Below, piece after piece: positions 1-12,608 of a stretch of DNA of 64,000 nucleotides; position 1 is the first letter of the stretch; each line of letters starts with the position of its first letter. The notes under the pieces were generated by a model. It was given only the letters and a program-made list of their open reading frames with translations. It had not been told where the DNA came from and made no database searches. The position numbers and the translations under genes were made by a program. This DNA is from Piromyces finnis finn (lineage: Eukaryota > Fungi > Neocallimastigomycota): the NCBI GenBank assembly GCA_002104945.1, contig MCFH01000023.1, positions 434,001-498,000 of the forward strand. The letters run 5' to 3'.

Positions 1-2464
1 GATATGTTATTATTACCAGATGAATTTAATGAACCATTATTAGTATTGTTTCCATTTGAGTTTGAATTCTGACGAGTGGAAGTATTATTTGAATAAAAAG
101 AATTTGACGAATGTGCATTTCTTTTTGAACCCATTTTATTTGATATATACTAAGAACAAATAATATATATAAACGGAAAATTATAATTAGAAATTAATTT
201 AATTTACATCTATTTAACTTAAAAAACAATAATTAAATTATTCATAAGTATTATAAAAAAGTCATATTTAATTGAAAAAGAACTATATATATTATTTTAA
301 ATAAGTATATTCTTAAAAATGGGTAATTAATCACTTTGATGATAACGAAAATAAATACATTACCTTTTTTTTTATTACTTACCAATTATAAAAATTTACT
401 GAATATACCTGAATGTATTTTTCTTTAATTTATATTGCTTATTTTTATTAAATTTTACCAGAAAGAGCAAAAAACAATATATTGCTTGTATATTACGTAT
501 ATATTAATATGAAAAAATATTTATATATATTATAATTTAAAAAAGAAATATAAAATTCTTTTATAACTCTTTAATTCAAACTTTTAATTTAATAGAAATT
601 AAAGTATAAGAAAATAATAATAATAATTATATTAATGACTTTGTGCAATTTAATTATTTGGAATCTTGACTTCCAAAGGTATCAATAAAAAAAAACTATC
701 CAATAAATGTCAATAAAATAGCTATATTTGTTTTTATTATATTATTTATTTGTATTATTCAAGCTTTACTTTTATTATTATTTTTTGTTTTTTTTTTCTT
801 AGCCTTTTTTTTTTATCAATATTTTATTCTCTTAAATTCTTTATGTGTGTTTATGAAAATAATTTCAAAAAAGAATTAATAAAAAATAGTATAAAATAAA
901 AAATTTTACTTTTGAAGTTTTTTTTTTTTTTTATTATTATTATTATATTATAAATAATTATTTATTTAATATATATTATTAACTAGTATTTTTTATTTAT
1001 GATTTATGAACTAACAAAAAAAAATTTTATATAAAAAACAATATAACATTTTTAATATATTAAAATAAATAATTTTATATAATGAATTTTCATTTTACAA
1101 AAAAAAGTTTTATTAATTTATAAAGGATAATAAATTGAAACATATATAAAAATATATTCTTATATATAATAAAGATAATTATCTTAATTTAATTAATATT
1201 TAACTTTTTTATTTCAAGTTATATTTTCCATTAGCAATAAATATAATATTTAAATAGTATTACTGAATTAATAAAAAAGAGAAATAATATTATAATAAAT
1301 TATATTAATGTAAGGAATTAATAAAAAAGAGAAATAATAATTTAATAAATTATATTAATGTAAGGAATTAATAATTTCAATAAAAAACAATAATATTATT
1401 AATAAGAATAGTATATTTATTTATATATAAATCAATAAAATATTAGCAATTTATATATGCTAATTTTAACATTTGAAAATCAATTCTCTTTCATAGTAAA
1501 AATATTTATTATATATGTATATATTCTATAGAGTAATTTTAAGAAAATAGTATCAAATTACATAAGAATAAATTTTCTATATTTATTAAAATAAAAGGGG
1601 AAATAATAGCAATTTATAATAAATTAATATTCAATTAATGATTATAACTTGTATAAACACTATAATTTAATAAAAATAATTAACAATGAACTCTTAATTC
1701 AATTTTATTAACAAAATTTTCAAAAACAGTTTTATTGTTCCTATTTAAATATATTTTATATTATTTAAACTATCAAAATTTAAATACAATACCAAAAAGT
1801 CATAAACATTTATATATACTAATAATAAATAATAAAATTTTATAAAAATGGAAATATTGCTATTATTATAAAATTTCATCTATCTAAAAATATTTTTATT
1901 TCATAATTGTAATTTCTAGTTAAAACTAATGACAGGGTAATTTGGTATTGACTTTTGTGGTTCAATACCATAATGCATCATATCTTTAAGCAAATTGGTT
2001 AAAGAGGAAAGCTTTAATTTTCTTTCACTTCCATATATTGAATTTATTATTGTTGTTATTATTATTGGTATGATTTGGTTTTATATTTTTAAAAGAAGTA
2101 ATAATATGAATATACATTAATGGATTATTCTATAAGCAAAAAAAAAAAAAGAAAAAAGAAAAAAATTAAGAAAAATTTTAATACAAAAATACCTTTTATT
2201 TGAATCTTGTTTTTTCACTTTTTATTAAAGTTTTTAATATATTAAATATATTAAATATAAATGATGATATATTAATAATAGTTAGAAAACATTTTTATTC
2301 ACGAATTTTTATTATGTTTAATAAGTACAGTTTTTTTTATTAGTAATTAATGGTTCTTTTGATGATATTAATGAAGGTAAATTATGTGATTTAACAGAAT
2401 CAATAGCTTCTTCACTGTATATCTTTGGTTGTGAAGAGAATATTGTCTTTAAATTGTAATTCAT
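1..2464 (-). CDS. Possible multi-exon gene of unknown function, partial, running off the left edge
   Basis: An open minus-strand exon at ~1-149 (IYQIKWVQKEMHIRQNSFYSNNTSTRQNSNSNG...) follows an AG acceptor at 150-151, with a GTAAGT donor at 382. An ATG-initiated exon at 2464-~2330 reads MNYNLKTIFSSQPKIYSEEAIDSVKSHNLPS. The intermediate exons could not be joined, so these pieces may not belong to one gene. Confidence 0.3.
1265..1374. repeat. 50-bp tandem duplication, ~2.2 copies
   Basis: GAATTAATAAAAAAGAGAAATAAT...TTATATTAATGTAAG starts at 1265 and again at 1315, with a partial third copy at 1365. The copies differ at only about 2 positions. Confidence 0.85.
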
Positions 2465-3592
2465 TATTATTTAATTTTTTTTTAAACTTGCTTAAGTAAA
2501 AAATAATTTTTCTTTTATTTAAGTTTGAAAATTTTTTTGTATTAGAAAAATAATATAAAATTTATTAATAAAAAAATAGGAAATTATTCATTTAAAAATT
2601 TCCGGTTTATTATTCTTATAATAGAATGAAAATTTGAAGAAAAGAATAAAAGAGAAAAATCATTATTTTTTTATTTACTTTAATTAGTACGACAAATAAA
2701 TCTAATTAATATATTTAAATTGTTAATTTACTAGAAAGGAATATAGTTTAAAAGAAATATAATAATAAACCAAATAACTTTTATCTATTCAATAATTTTA
2801 TTATTGATTTTTATTTCCTGTTATTTCTTCCTCATTTCAGTTTCTATTTATATTATTAAAGAAAATTAATATAATCACATAAGATAAATAAATATTTATG
2901 TCGATAAAAACTATATTATTCCAACTCAATCTTAATATTTTATTCTAACAAAATAATTTTTCTCTTATTATTTAATAATTATTATTAAATAAAGTATATA
3001 TAATTCATTTTTTTATAATAAAATTAAAAAATGCTTATAAATTAAATAAGATATAGTTTAATAATAACACTATTGATAAAAAACAATATATCTACAGTTA
3101 GCTTTATAGTTTATCTTTTTAAATATATAGTAAAAAAAAAAAAAACAATAATAAACAATTTTATATATAAAAAAACATTAATAAAACTCAATTTTAAATA
3201 ATATTTGAAATAATTTCAAAAAAATGTATAATTTAATTTAGAAATATCAAATCTATTAACTTTTAATAATATAAATTTACTTTTAAATCTATTGGTCAAT
3301 CATTATTTTATTTTTATATATTATTTTTTCCTTTTTTCTTTAATTGTTGTTTATTCCTTTATTTTAATATGAAAATATAAAAGAATAAAAAATTAATTAA
3401 AGTTTTTATATTTTTTTTATTTTTATTATTCAAATATAAAATGAAGTAATTATAATATATAACAATAATAATCCAACATATATAAATTAAAATGACGATA
3501 AGATATTCATTTTAATTTCTATAATCGAATTCATGTATTGATGACATTTTAAAAAACGTAACAGAAAAAAATTATATATAAATTAATTATTT

Positions 3593-6500
3593 ATGAATGC
3601 AAAAGAAATTTTAAAAAAAATTTTCAAGTATGACTCTTTTCGAGATGGTCAAGAGCATATTATTAATTCAATTTTAAATGGTCAAGATGTATTGTCTATT
3701 ATGCCAACAGGTGGTGGAAAGTCAATATGTTATCAAATACCTTCATTAATGTTGGATGGAATTACTTATGTTATATCACCTTTAATTTCACTTATGCAAG
3801 ATCAAGTGAATGCATTAAAAGATTTAAAGATACAGGCATCTTGTATTAATTCAACTATTACAAAATCCGAAATTAATAAAATATATCAATCAATTAGAGA
3901 GGGTTTAACAAAAATTGTATATGTAGCACCCGAACGATTAGAAAATCAGGATTTCATTTGTTTTTCAAAAAATATTAATATATCAATGATAGCTATTGAT
4001 GAGGCTCATTGTATATCTCGATGGGGACAAGATTTTAGACCAAGTTATCTTAATATATTAGGTTTTATAAATACATTATCAAAACGTCCAATTATAAGTT
4101 GCTTTACAGCAACAGCAACAGAAGAAGTTAAAAGTGATATCATTGCTATTCTGAAACTTGACAACCCAGAAATTATTATCACTGGATATGATCGAAAAAA
4201 TTTGTATTATAAGGTTGAGCATATTGGAAAAAAGGTAAAAAAAATTGAATATATTGTTGACTTTTTAAAAAGTCACCCAAATGATAGTGGCATTATATAT
4301 TGTTTAACAAGAACAGATGTTGATGAATTAATGAATACATTAAATAAAAAAGATTTTTCGATTACAAAGTATCATGCAGGAATGGAAAACTCCGTAAGAA
4401 AACAAAATCAAGAAAAATTTACTAATGATGAAAATCGTATTATTGTTGCAACAAGTGCATTTGGCATGGGTATTGATAAACCCAATGTCAGATTCGTTAT
4501 CCATTATAATATACCTAAAACCATAGAGGACTATTATCAAGAATCAGGAAGAGCTGGTAGAGATGGAAAACCAGCCATATGTATATTATTTTATTCTTCT
4601 AGTGATTCATATAAAAATCAATATTTGATTTCAAAAAATCAAAATTTCCCTGATATTACATATAAAGATTTAACAAGACTTCAAAAAATGGAACACTATG
4701 GTGAAATAAAAGGTTGTCTTAGAAATTATATATTAGAATATTTCGGAGAAAAAAAAACAATACCATGCAATAATTGTGGTAATTGTGATCAAACTTACAT
4801 AAAAATTGATAAAACCGAAGATGCTAAATTGGTGATTAAATGTGTAGAGGAAATTAATAATAGCTATGGTATATCAACTATTATTAGTATTTTGAGGGGA
4901 TCACAAACATCAAAAATTAAAAAAAATAATTTACATTGCTGTAAATGTTTTGGTGCACTGAAGAGTCTTACAGATAATGATATACGGATGGTTATTGATC
5001 AGTTACTTGAAGATAACTATTTATTAAAAGTAAATAAAGTCATTAGTAATGGAAAAATGGTTACAACAATAGCATTAGGTGATAATTCGCCAATTAAGGA
5101 AGGAGATCATGTATATGTAAAAATGATTGAAAAAGAAAAACATGAAACTATCGAGGCCATTATTTATAAGCGAAGATTACTTCATGCATCAAATAATCAA
5201 TCTAAATCAAACCTAGAAAAGATTTTACCTGATAATTCAAATGATGTATTAAAAAGTTCCTATGAATCATATGTATTAAATAATACAGCTAATTCAAATG
5301 ACTCTGTAGTAAATCAATATGAATCAAATTTATTTAATAATTTAATAAACTTCAGTAATAGGTTTATCATTGAAATTAGAAAACTTCAATCTCTATGTGA
5401 AATTCAGAATAATGCAAATCAAATAGAGGATCAAAGTGGTAATATTAGATCTCAGTCTTTTCTTTCAGAAAGAAGTTTAATAATTGATGATAAAAATGAG
5501 ATAAATGAAGATTTAATTAAAAAACAAATAAATGATGAAGATGAATTAACATTGTCTACACCATCATCATTCGAAAAAAATAAAATAATAAAGTTTTCTA
5601 ATATTGAAAAGTTAATAGACATGAAACAAAATTTGTTAAAAGAACTTGCAGACTTACGTATTGAAATTGCAAAAAAAGAACAAATATCACCAAATGATAT
5701 TATTAGTAATAATTCTCTTATAGAAATGTGTATGAAACAGCCTGAAACTGAAAAACAATTATTGTTATTATTAGAGATTGATCAGCATAAATTTAAAAAC
5801 TATGGTTGTCAGTTTTTAAATATAATTAATAAATACAATTCTGTACGAATTGATTTAATAAAAAGTATCAATAATGATATCAATAAATATGATGAAATAT
5901 ATCTTCCTGAGGATATAAAAAAATTAGAAGATAAAGGAAAAAATGATGAATTTATTAAAGAAAAATTCAATATTTCTAATATTTCTGAAAAAAAAGATTT
6001 AAATATAGGATTATTGAATAAGGAAGAAGGAATTAAAATGAAAGATGAGAAAACATCTACATCAATGATCCAATTAGAGCAATGTAAAAATAATTTACTC
6101 CTTAATAACAATAGTAACATTATAAAAAAAAATACATTTGATGAAATATATTCAGATCAAAATTCTGAGAAAGCAGATAATAGTCAATTGTACAATAAAA
6201 AAATCAATGAAAATGAAAGTCTTAAAAAACTCACAAAAAATAATACTTCGAAAATGTATGAAAATAAAATTATGATAATAGATAATGATTTAAAATGCAA
6301 TGAGTCAAATAATGATAATAATGATTTTCAAATACGTAGTAATTTTAATAAAAAAGATTTTCAAACTTCAATAGAATACAAAAACAATTATATTAATATT
6401 GAAGAAAACACTAAAAGAAAAAGAACTGAAAATGTCCAATCACTAAACATAGAAAGTGAAATGGAGAAAATTGATTTATATAAAAGAAGACGATTGGAAT

Positions 6501-7579
6501 ATATTGAAAAAATAAGTAATTATCATTCTATTGAACGTAATTTGATGAAAAAATTGAAAGAGCTTCGTTCAGAAATTGCAAGTGAAGAAAACGAAGAAAA
6601 TTATTATAATATATTTGATGATTTAACATTAATTGAGTTATGTAAACGACTTCCTCAAAATGATGAAGAATTTTTAATGATATCAAATGTAAATGATTAT
6701 AAACTAAAAAAATATGGTTATAGATTTTTAGAAGTAATTAGAGAATATAATTCAATAGTTAAGGATGAAATGAATTCATTAATAAAAAATATGGAAGATG
6801 AAAGAGTAAACGATAAATCTTTTTTACAGGCAGATAAAAATATTGTAAATGAAAATAATAATATAAGTAATGTCATAAACAATAACCAAAATACAATTCA
6901 AATATATAAAAATAATGAATTTTTAAACCCTTCAAATATTAACTTTAATAATAATACTTCTCATAATAATAATATTAATAATGAAGAGGGTGATAATGAT
7001 GATAAAATTGTTAACAATGACATTAATAACAAAAAAAATGAAAATGGCAATGGTAGTATTAATAATATAGAAAATGAGAATAATAAAAAGGAAATTTTAA
7101 TTATTGATAATAATAGTAATAAAATAGTTACTGATGAAAATACAGGCGTTAGCATTGGTAATAAAAAAATTGACTATAACAAAGCCATTATAAATAGAGA
7201 AGAGAATAGTAAAAACAGCATTATTGTTAATAACAATAGCAATAATAACAACAATAACGACAATAATAAAATTAATATTGTAAATAAAACAACCATTACA
7301 AATAAGGACAAGTTTAACCTCTTTAAAAAGTTGAAGGAATTAAGAGATAAAATTGCAGATGAAGAAACAGTAAGACCTAATGAAATATTTAGTGATAAAA
7401 TACTTCTTGAAATATGTAAAAAATTACCAACAATTAAAGAAAATTTAAATAAAATAGACGGAATTGATTATTACATAATTAATGAATATGGATCCCAGGT
7501 TATTAAATTAATAATAGAATTCATAGAAAATAATAATAATAATGAAGAAAAACTCAAACATCATCATAAATTTTTATAG
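3593..7579 (+). CDS. recQ: Intronless bacterial-type ATP-dependent DNA helicase RecQ, 1328 aa: helicase core, Zn-binding, RQC and three HRDC domains
   Basis: Motifs seen: MPTGGGKS (Walker A), IAIDEAHCISRWGQDFRPSY (DEAH and aromatic loop), FTATAT, VATSAFGMGIDKPNVRFVIHY, YYQESGRAGRDG, the Zn ligands CLRNYILEYFGE..CNNCGNC and an RQC winged helix. HRDC-like repeats lie at ~5621-5836, ~6532-6750 and ~7306-7530. Confidence 0.96.
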   Translation: MNAKEILKKIFKYDSFRDGQEHIINSILNGQDVLSIMPTGGGKSICYQIPSLMLDGITYVISPLISLMQDQVNALKDLKIQASCINSTITKSEINKIYQSIREGLTKIVYVAPERLENQDFICFSKNINISMIAIDEAHCISRWGQDFRPSYLNILGFINTLSKRPIISCFTATATEEVKSDIIAILKLDNPEIIITGYDRKNLYYKVEHIGKKVKKIEYIVDFLKSHPNDSGIIYCLTRTDVDELMNTLNKKDFSITKYHAGMENSVRKQNQEKFTNDENRIIVATSAFGMGIDKPNVRFVIHYNIPKTIEDYYQESGRAGRDGKPAICILFYSSSDSYKNQYLISKNQNFPDITYKDLTRLQKMEHYGEIKGCLRNYILEYFGEKKTIPCNNCGNCDQTYIKIDKTEDAKLVIKCVEEINNSYGISTIISILRGSQTSKIKKNNLHCCKCFGALKSLTDNDIRMVIDQLLEDNYLLKVNKVISNGKMVTTIALGDNSPIKEGDHVYVKMIEKEKHETIEAIIYKRRLLHASNNQSKSNLEKILPDNSNDVLKSSYESYVLNNTANSNDSVVNQYESNLFNNLINFSNRFIIEIRKLQSLCEIQNNANQIEDQSGNIRSQSFLSERSLIIDDKNEINEDLIKKQINDEDELTLSTPSSFEKNKIIKFSNIEKLIDMKQNLLKELADLRIEIAKKEQISPNDIISNNSLIEMCMKQPETEKQLLLLLEIDQHKFKNYGCQFLNIINKYNSVRIDLIKSINNDINKYDEIYLPEDIKKLEDKGKNDEFIKEKFNISNISEKKDLNIGLLNKEEGIKMKDEKTSTSMIQLEQCKNNLLLNNNSNIIKKNTFDEIYSDQNSEKADNSQLYNKKINENESLKKLTKNNTSKMYENKIMIIDNDLKCNESNNDNNDFQIRSNFNKKDFQTSIEYKNNYINIEENTKRKRTENVQSLNIESEMEKIDLYKRRRLEYIEKISNYHSIERNLMKKLKELRSEIASEENEENYYNIFDDLTLIELCKRLPQNDEEFLMISNVNDYKLKKYGYRFLEVIREYNSIVKDEMNSLIKNMEDERVNDKSFLQADKNIVNENNNISNVINNNQNTIQIYKNNEFLNPSNINFNNNTSHNNNINNEEGDNDDKIVNNDINNKKNENGNGSINNIENENNKKEILIIDNNSNKIVTDENTGVSIGNKKIDYNKAIINREENSKNSIIVNNNSNNNNNNDNNKINIVNKTTITNKDKFNLFKKLKELRDKIADEETVRPNEIFSDKILLEICKKLPTIKENLNKIDGIDYYIINEYGSQVIKLIIEFIENNNNNEEKLKHHHKFL

Positions 7580-8607
7580 ATTATTTTTAAATTTGAAATT
7601 GTAACTATTTTTAAATTTTTATATATTATGTAAATAAAATAATATTTATATTGATAATTTATTAGATTTCAAAAATAAAAATTCAATTTTTTTTTTTTTT
7701 TAAAAACATATAAAAGAGAAATAATCGAAAATAATATTGAAAGGATAACAAAAATTACTATCTTTTAACTATTTTCTATACTTAAATTTGATAAAGAAAA
7801 TTTATATAAAGTCTATGTAAAAAGTATTTAACTATTTAAAAGTGAAAGTTTTTTTTTTTTTTTTTTAATAAACACTTCATTTAATATCAAAAACTTTTTT
7901 ATTAATATAAGGAATTCTTTTATAATATTAATTATCAAAAATAAATTATTATTTCAAAATTTTAAATATATAAATGATTATATATATATATTCAAAAATC
8001 AAAAATTAATTAAAAAGAAAAATAGCTTAATAGCTTAGTAATTAAGTTAATCATTTTTTTAAATTAAATATAAATTAATCCTTTTATATAATTATTTAAT
8101 GAATTTTAATATTATTTCATATATTGAATTATAAATTTCAAAATTCTGTTTAAAATATCACATTCACATTTAAATAAATAAGTGAATTGAATTATAAAAT
8201 TATGAATAAAAAATAAATCTAAAATAGTTATTTTAATTTATTAAATAAATATATAATAATAACTAATAATAATAAAACATTAATTTTATTTTGAGACATA
8301 ATAAAATCATTTAGAAATTCATTATCCTAATTTTGATATTTAAAATTATAAATATATAATACATATAAATATAATTTGTACCTAAAATAACATTTACATA
8401 AAAATCAATTTTACATGTTAAAATTAAAATAATAAATTTAATTATTTTATTAATATAAAGTATATTTAAATTTCAGATCAATAGTTATATAATTCAAAAT
8501 TTGTCTTTAATAATTTTAAGTATAAATTTCGTAGCTTATTTTTCTAACAATTGCATTTATATTCAATTATATTTTAATTTTCATATTATCACATATTTAA
8601 ATACACA

Positions 8608-10685
8608 ATGGACGAAGAAAAGATTTCTTTACAGGATGATTTATTAGCACAATGTTTAGAAGCAATGAGTACTTTATCAGCAGATAAAATAACCCCTGAA
8701 ATTGATATGGCAATAGCAAAAGTAGAAAAATATATTGGTCATACGGCAGAAAAAAAAAAAAGTAAGCTATTAAAATATCTATAGATTTCATATATAGTTT
8801 TTATTTTATATTTTTTTATAATAATATTTTCTTTTTTTTTTTCCTTTTTTTTTATTTTTCTAAATATATTGATTTTATTTTAAATATTTAAATAAATAAA
8901 TGGTTAATACATTTTAAAATTTATTGAAATTATATATTTGGAATTACCAATAAATTATTAAATTATATAAAAATATTAATTATAACAACAACAACAACAA
9001 CAAATATATATATACATATGAATAGAGGAAAAAGAAGAAAAACAATTCAATCCAAGAAATTTACCATCACATATATTACAAAAAATTTTATTTTTTTTAC
9101 CAAAGGAAGATATTTTATCTTTTGCATTAGTTTGTAGAGAATGGTCACCTGCAGCACTTACTTATTTATTAAGACAACATCCATTTAGAAGTGATAAGGA
9201 ACTTCTTTGGTTTATTGTTAGTAAAAGTAATTCAGATACTTTCATTTCTAAACAATATCAAGGACTTCTAACAGAACTCGATCTAACAGCTGCTCATTCA
9301 TTATATTATGATCTTGGAGTTATGGGTACTGTAGAATGTCAATATGAAAACCCATTAACTTCACTTTTAGATTTACAATTAGAAGCTTTAGCGAAAGGAA
9401 GTAATTTATATTGCTTAAAGGTAATATAATGTTATCTTTTTTTTAAAAAAAAAAAAATTCCTATTAATATTAAAAAAAAATATATATATATAGTTTTTAA
9501 AATATTATATTATATTTATTATTAATTTTTTATTTAAATGTACATTTTACATACATATCAATAATAATAATAATAATAATAACAAAAAAGTTTGATAATA
9601 TACCATTAAGTACCCTTGTCAGAGTTGTAGCTAATTGTCCAAAATTAAGAATTTTGCATGCAAATAAAATTCATAGAATTACTTCAAAAGAAGCTCATTA
9701 TTTATCAACACTCCATTTAGCTTTAACCGAATTAAAGTTTGGATTTTGTTTAAGAAATTTTCAAATTAATGCAGATGAATGGTGGTGGTGTAATTCTAGT
9801 GAGTCTTTAGAACAATTTACAGCCGAATTTTTCAAAAGTATAGGAAAAACCTTACGTGTATTAAGAATTACTGATGGTGTTGAATTAACTGGTAATGTAG
9901 TTAAAGCAATTACTAAAGGTTGTCATGAACTAGAATTTTTAGATTTATCTAAGGCCGGTTTAACATTCTTAGATAATGAAGAATTAATTCGTTTATTTAT
10001 GGGACTTAAAAATCTTAAAACTATATGGATTCGCCCAACTGAACTTAAAATTGTTGGTTTGGCTATCGCTGAAATTACTAGAAATACACCAGGATTAGAA
10101 CATATTTGGTTTGAAGGTGAATCTAGACATAGTTCTGAAGCCTTCCGTGCTATTGTAAATAATTGTAAAAATCTTAGAACTTTACTTATCCGTCGTATTT
10201 TAAGATCAATTAATATGACCGATATTTTAAATGGTTTTGAAAAACTTAATAAATTAGAAGCCCTTGATTTAGAAACTATCGCTACAGATGAATTAGTTGA
10301 ACGTGTTACCAAAAGTTGTCCAAATCTTCGTCAATTAAATATCGGTAATTCCGATAATGTTACTGATGATGTTATTGAAAAAATATATGAAAATTGTAGT
10401 AAATTAGAATGTATTGGTTTGTCAGGATGTAAACATATTACACAAAAATCATATGACTACCTTTGTAAAATGATGCCACAAGTTCGTGTAGTATCATCCC
10501 CTGTTGAATTTACTTCCACTCAATGGATGTATACCATTAATTCTCAAAACATCGATCAATATAGAAATGAACAGTTATACTCTGGTTATAGTTCAAAAGT
10601 TATTAAATATAACAGTCGTCATTTCAGATTCTATATGAATACTGAAAGTTCTAATTATGCATTATCATCCGCCTTGTTAAAATAA
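8608..10685 (+). CDS. F-box/leucine-rich-repeat protein (FBXL-like), 3 exons: 8608-8761, 9026-9420, 9591-10685, ~547 aa
   Basis: Exon 2 carries the F-box LPSHILQKILFFLPKEDILSFALVCREWSPAA. Cys-containing LRRs follow (CHELEFLDLS, CKNLRTLLI, CPNLRQLNIGNSDNVTD, CSKLECIGLSGCKHIT). GT-AG junctions keep the frame. Confidence 0.88.
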
Positions 10686-11635
10686 TGATTAAATTTTATT
10701 ATAAATTCAATTACATCATCTATTATTAACTATATTAATATTAATTATTATAATAATAATTAATAAAAAATAATAAACTAGTAATATAATAATATTTATA
10801 ATTATAGTAAATAATTAATAGTACTATTGTTATAAAATAAACCATTAATAAGTAAATAAAAATAAATGATATTTTAAGAAATAATAAAAAATCACACAAT
10901 AAGAAAATAACAATAATTTAAATATATAAAGGGTTTAGTTTTCATTTAATATAATAATAATCTTATTCAATGAATGAAAAGTATTGAATAATATTCAAAA
11001 ATTAGTTTTATAAAATATTCAAAGAAACACTCTTTCTCATATATTTCTGTAAAAGTATATTAAATAAGTTGTCCTTATTTATAAGTGCTTTTATAATTAA
11101 TTTAAAAAATTATAAAATATTGTTTTCAAAATTTGTATAATCTTTTTTGAAATATTATTTTTGATTTATTTTTATATTGTATTAAATATATATAAAATAA
11201 TACTAATAATAATTGAATAATTTATTAAGAAATAAACATTTAAAATTATATAATGAAATAGTTGAATATATGATTTTGAATGTATAAATAGTTATTATTT
11301 ATATATGGAAATGTTTAATTAAGAATATTGGAATATACTATATTTCTTTTCTCGAAAAGGTATTTTTATTATACAATTAAAATTTATTTGGCATTTAATT
11401 ATTATTTCATTTTTTCTGATTCTTTCTCTATTACTATTTTTTATTAATATAATACATTGCTTATTTCTTCTTGTATTATTTATATATTTATATAACATAT
11501 TTGATATAGATAATATTATCGTTATCTCTCATTTTTTCTTTCTTTCTTTTTTTTTTCTTTTTTCTTTTTTTTTTTTTTTTTTTTTTTTTGCTTCCTTCCT
11601 TCTTTTTTTTTTTAAAAAAAAAAAAATTTATATTT

Positions 11636-12570
11636 TTATTCTATGTTTATAAAAATATTGGAATTAGAATGATTGACATTGCTACTACTACTAGCGGAAT
11701 CATTATTTGAATCGATTTCTTTCATATTTAATACTTCGTAAAATGAGGAATTAAAAATAGTATGTTTTTTTCTTGAATTGGGTATTATTTCTCCAAATGA
11801 CATTTTACCTATATCAATTAAATGATTACTTCGTGAACGAGTAAAAGAACTTATACGAGTCTTTAGATAATATTTTTTAACATATATTTTGCAACAACAA
11901 AATATACCATTGTCATCTATATCAAGTTTATCTTTAAATGGTAATGGGTAAATTAAAATTTTATAAAACTTTTTTAATCCTAATTTTACATAGGAGCAAA
12001 TTAATTTTAAATTTGTTAACATATCTCCTCGACTTGACCCAATCATTACAAATTCCCCAACAATAATTAATACAGATGATATAATATCACTTTGACGAAT
12101 TGGATTATGATTAATGAAATAATCAGAGAGTATAGTAAATGGAAGGGATACCATTAAACCACAAGTAAATGTTACTGTACTAATTAAAGTCGACCCATAA
12201 TTATAACAATAATTATATATAAATCCTAATACCATAATGAATATTAATTCCAACCCTTCACTAAATGATGGCATTATAAACGGCTCAAATCCTAATCGAC
12301 TTAATATTGGTATCCCAGGCCAGAACATTGTTAATGATATAATACCTATTAAACCTGATATCATCATCAATATTTGAAGTTTTCTTTCTCTTATGGAAAA
12401 TCTATCAAATATAATTTGTGCATTTCCGGTGCCTCGACTCACATGTGATCGTGGATGATAACTTTGGACATATTTTGTAAATATTACATCTTGTAAACCG
12501 AAGAAAAAACTACCAGCAACCTTATTTTTAAATAAAAAAAATTATTATTATATATATATATATTTTAAAA

Positions 12571-12608
<38 letters not shown>

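Noticed and set aside
4340-7155. Short minus-strand ORFs inside RecQ; also those inside the F-box gene and Dicer
   Set aside because: Antisense to strongly supported genes, with no motifs or independent start context.
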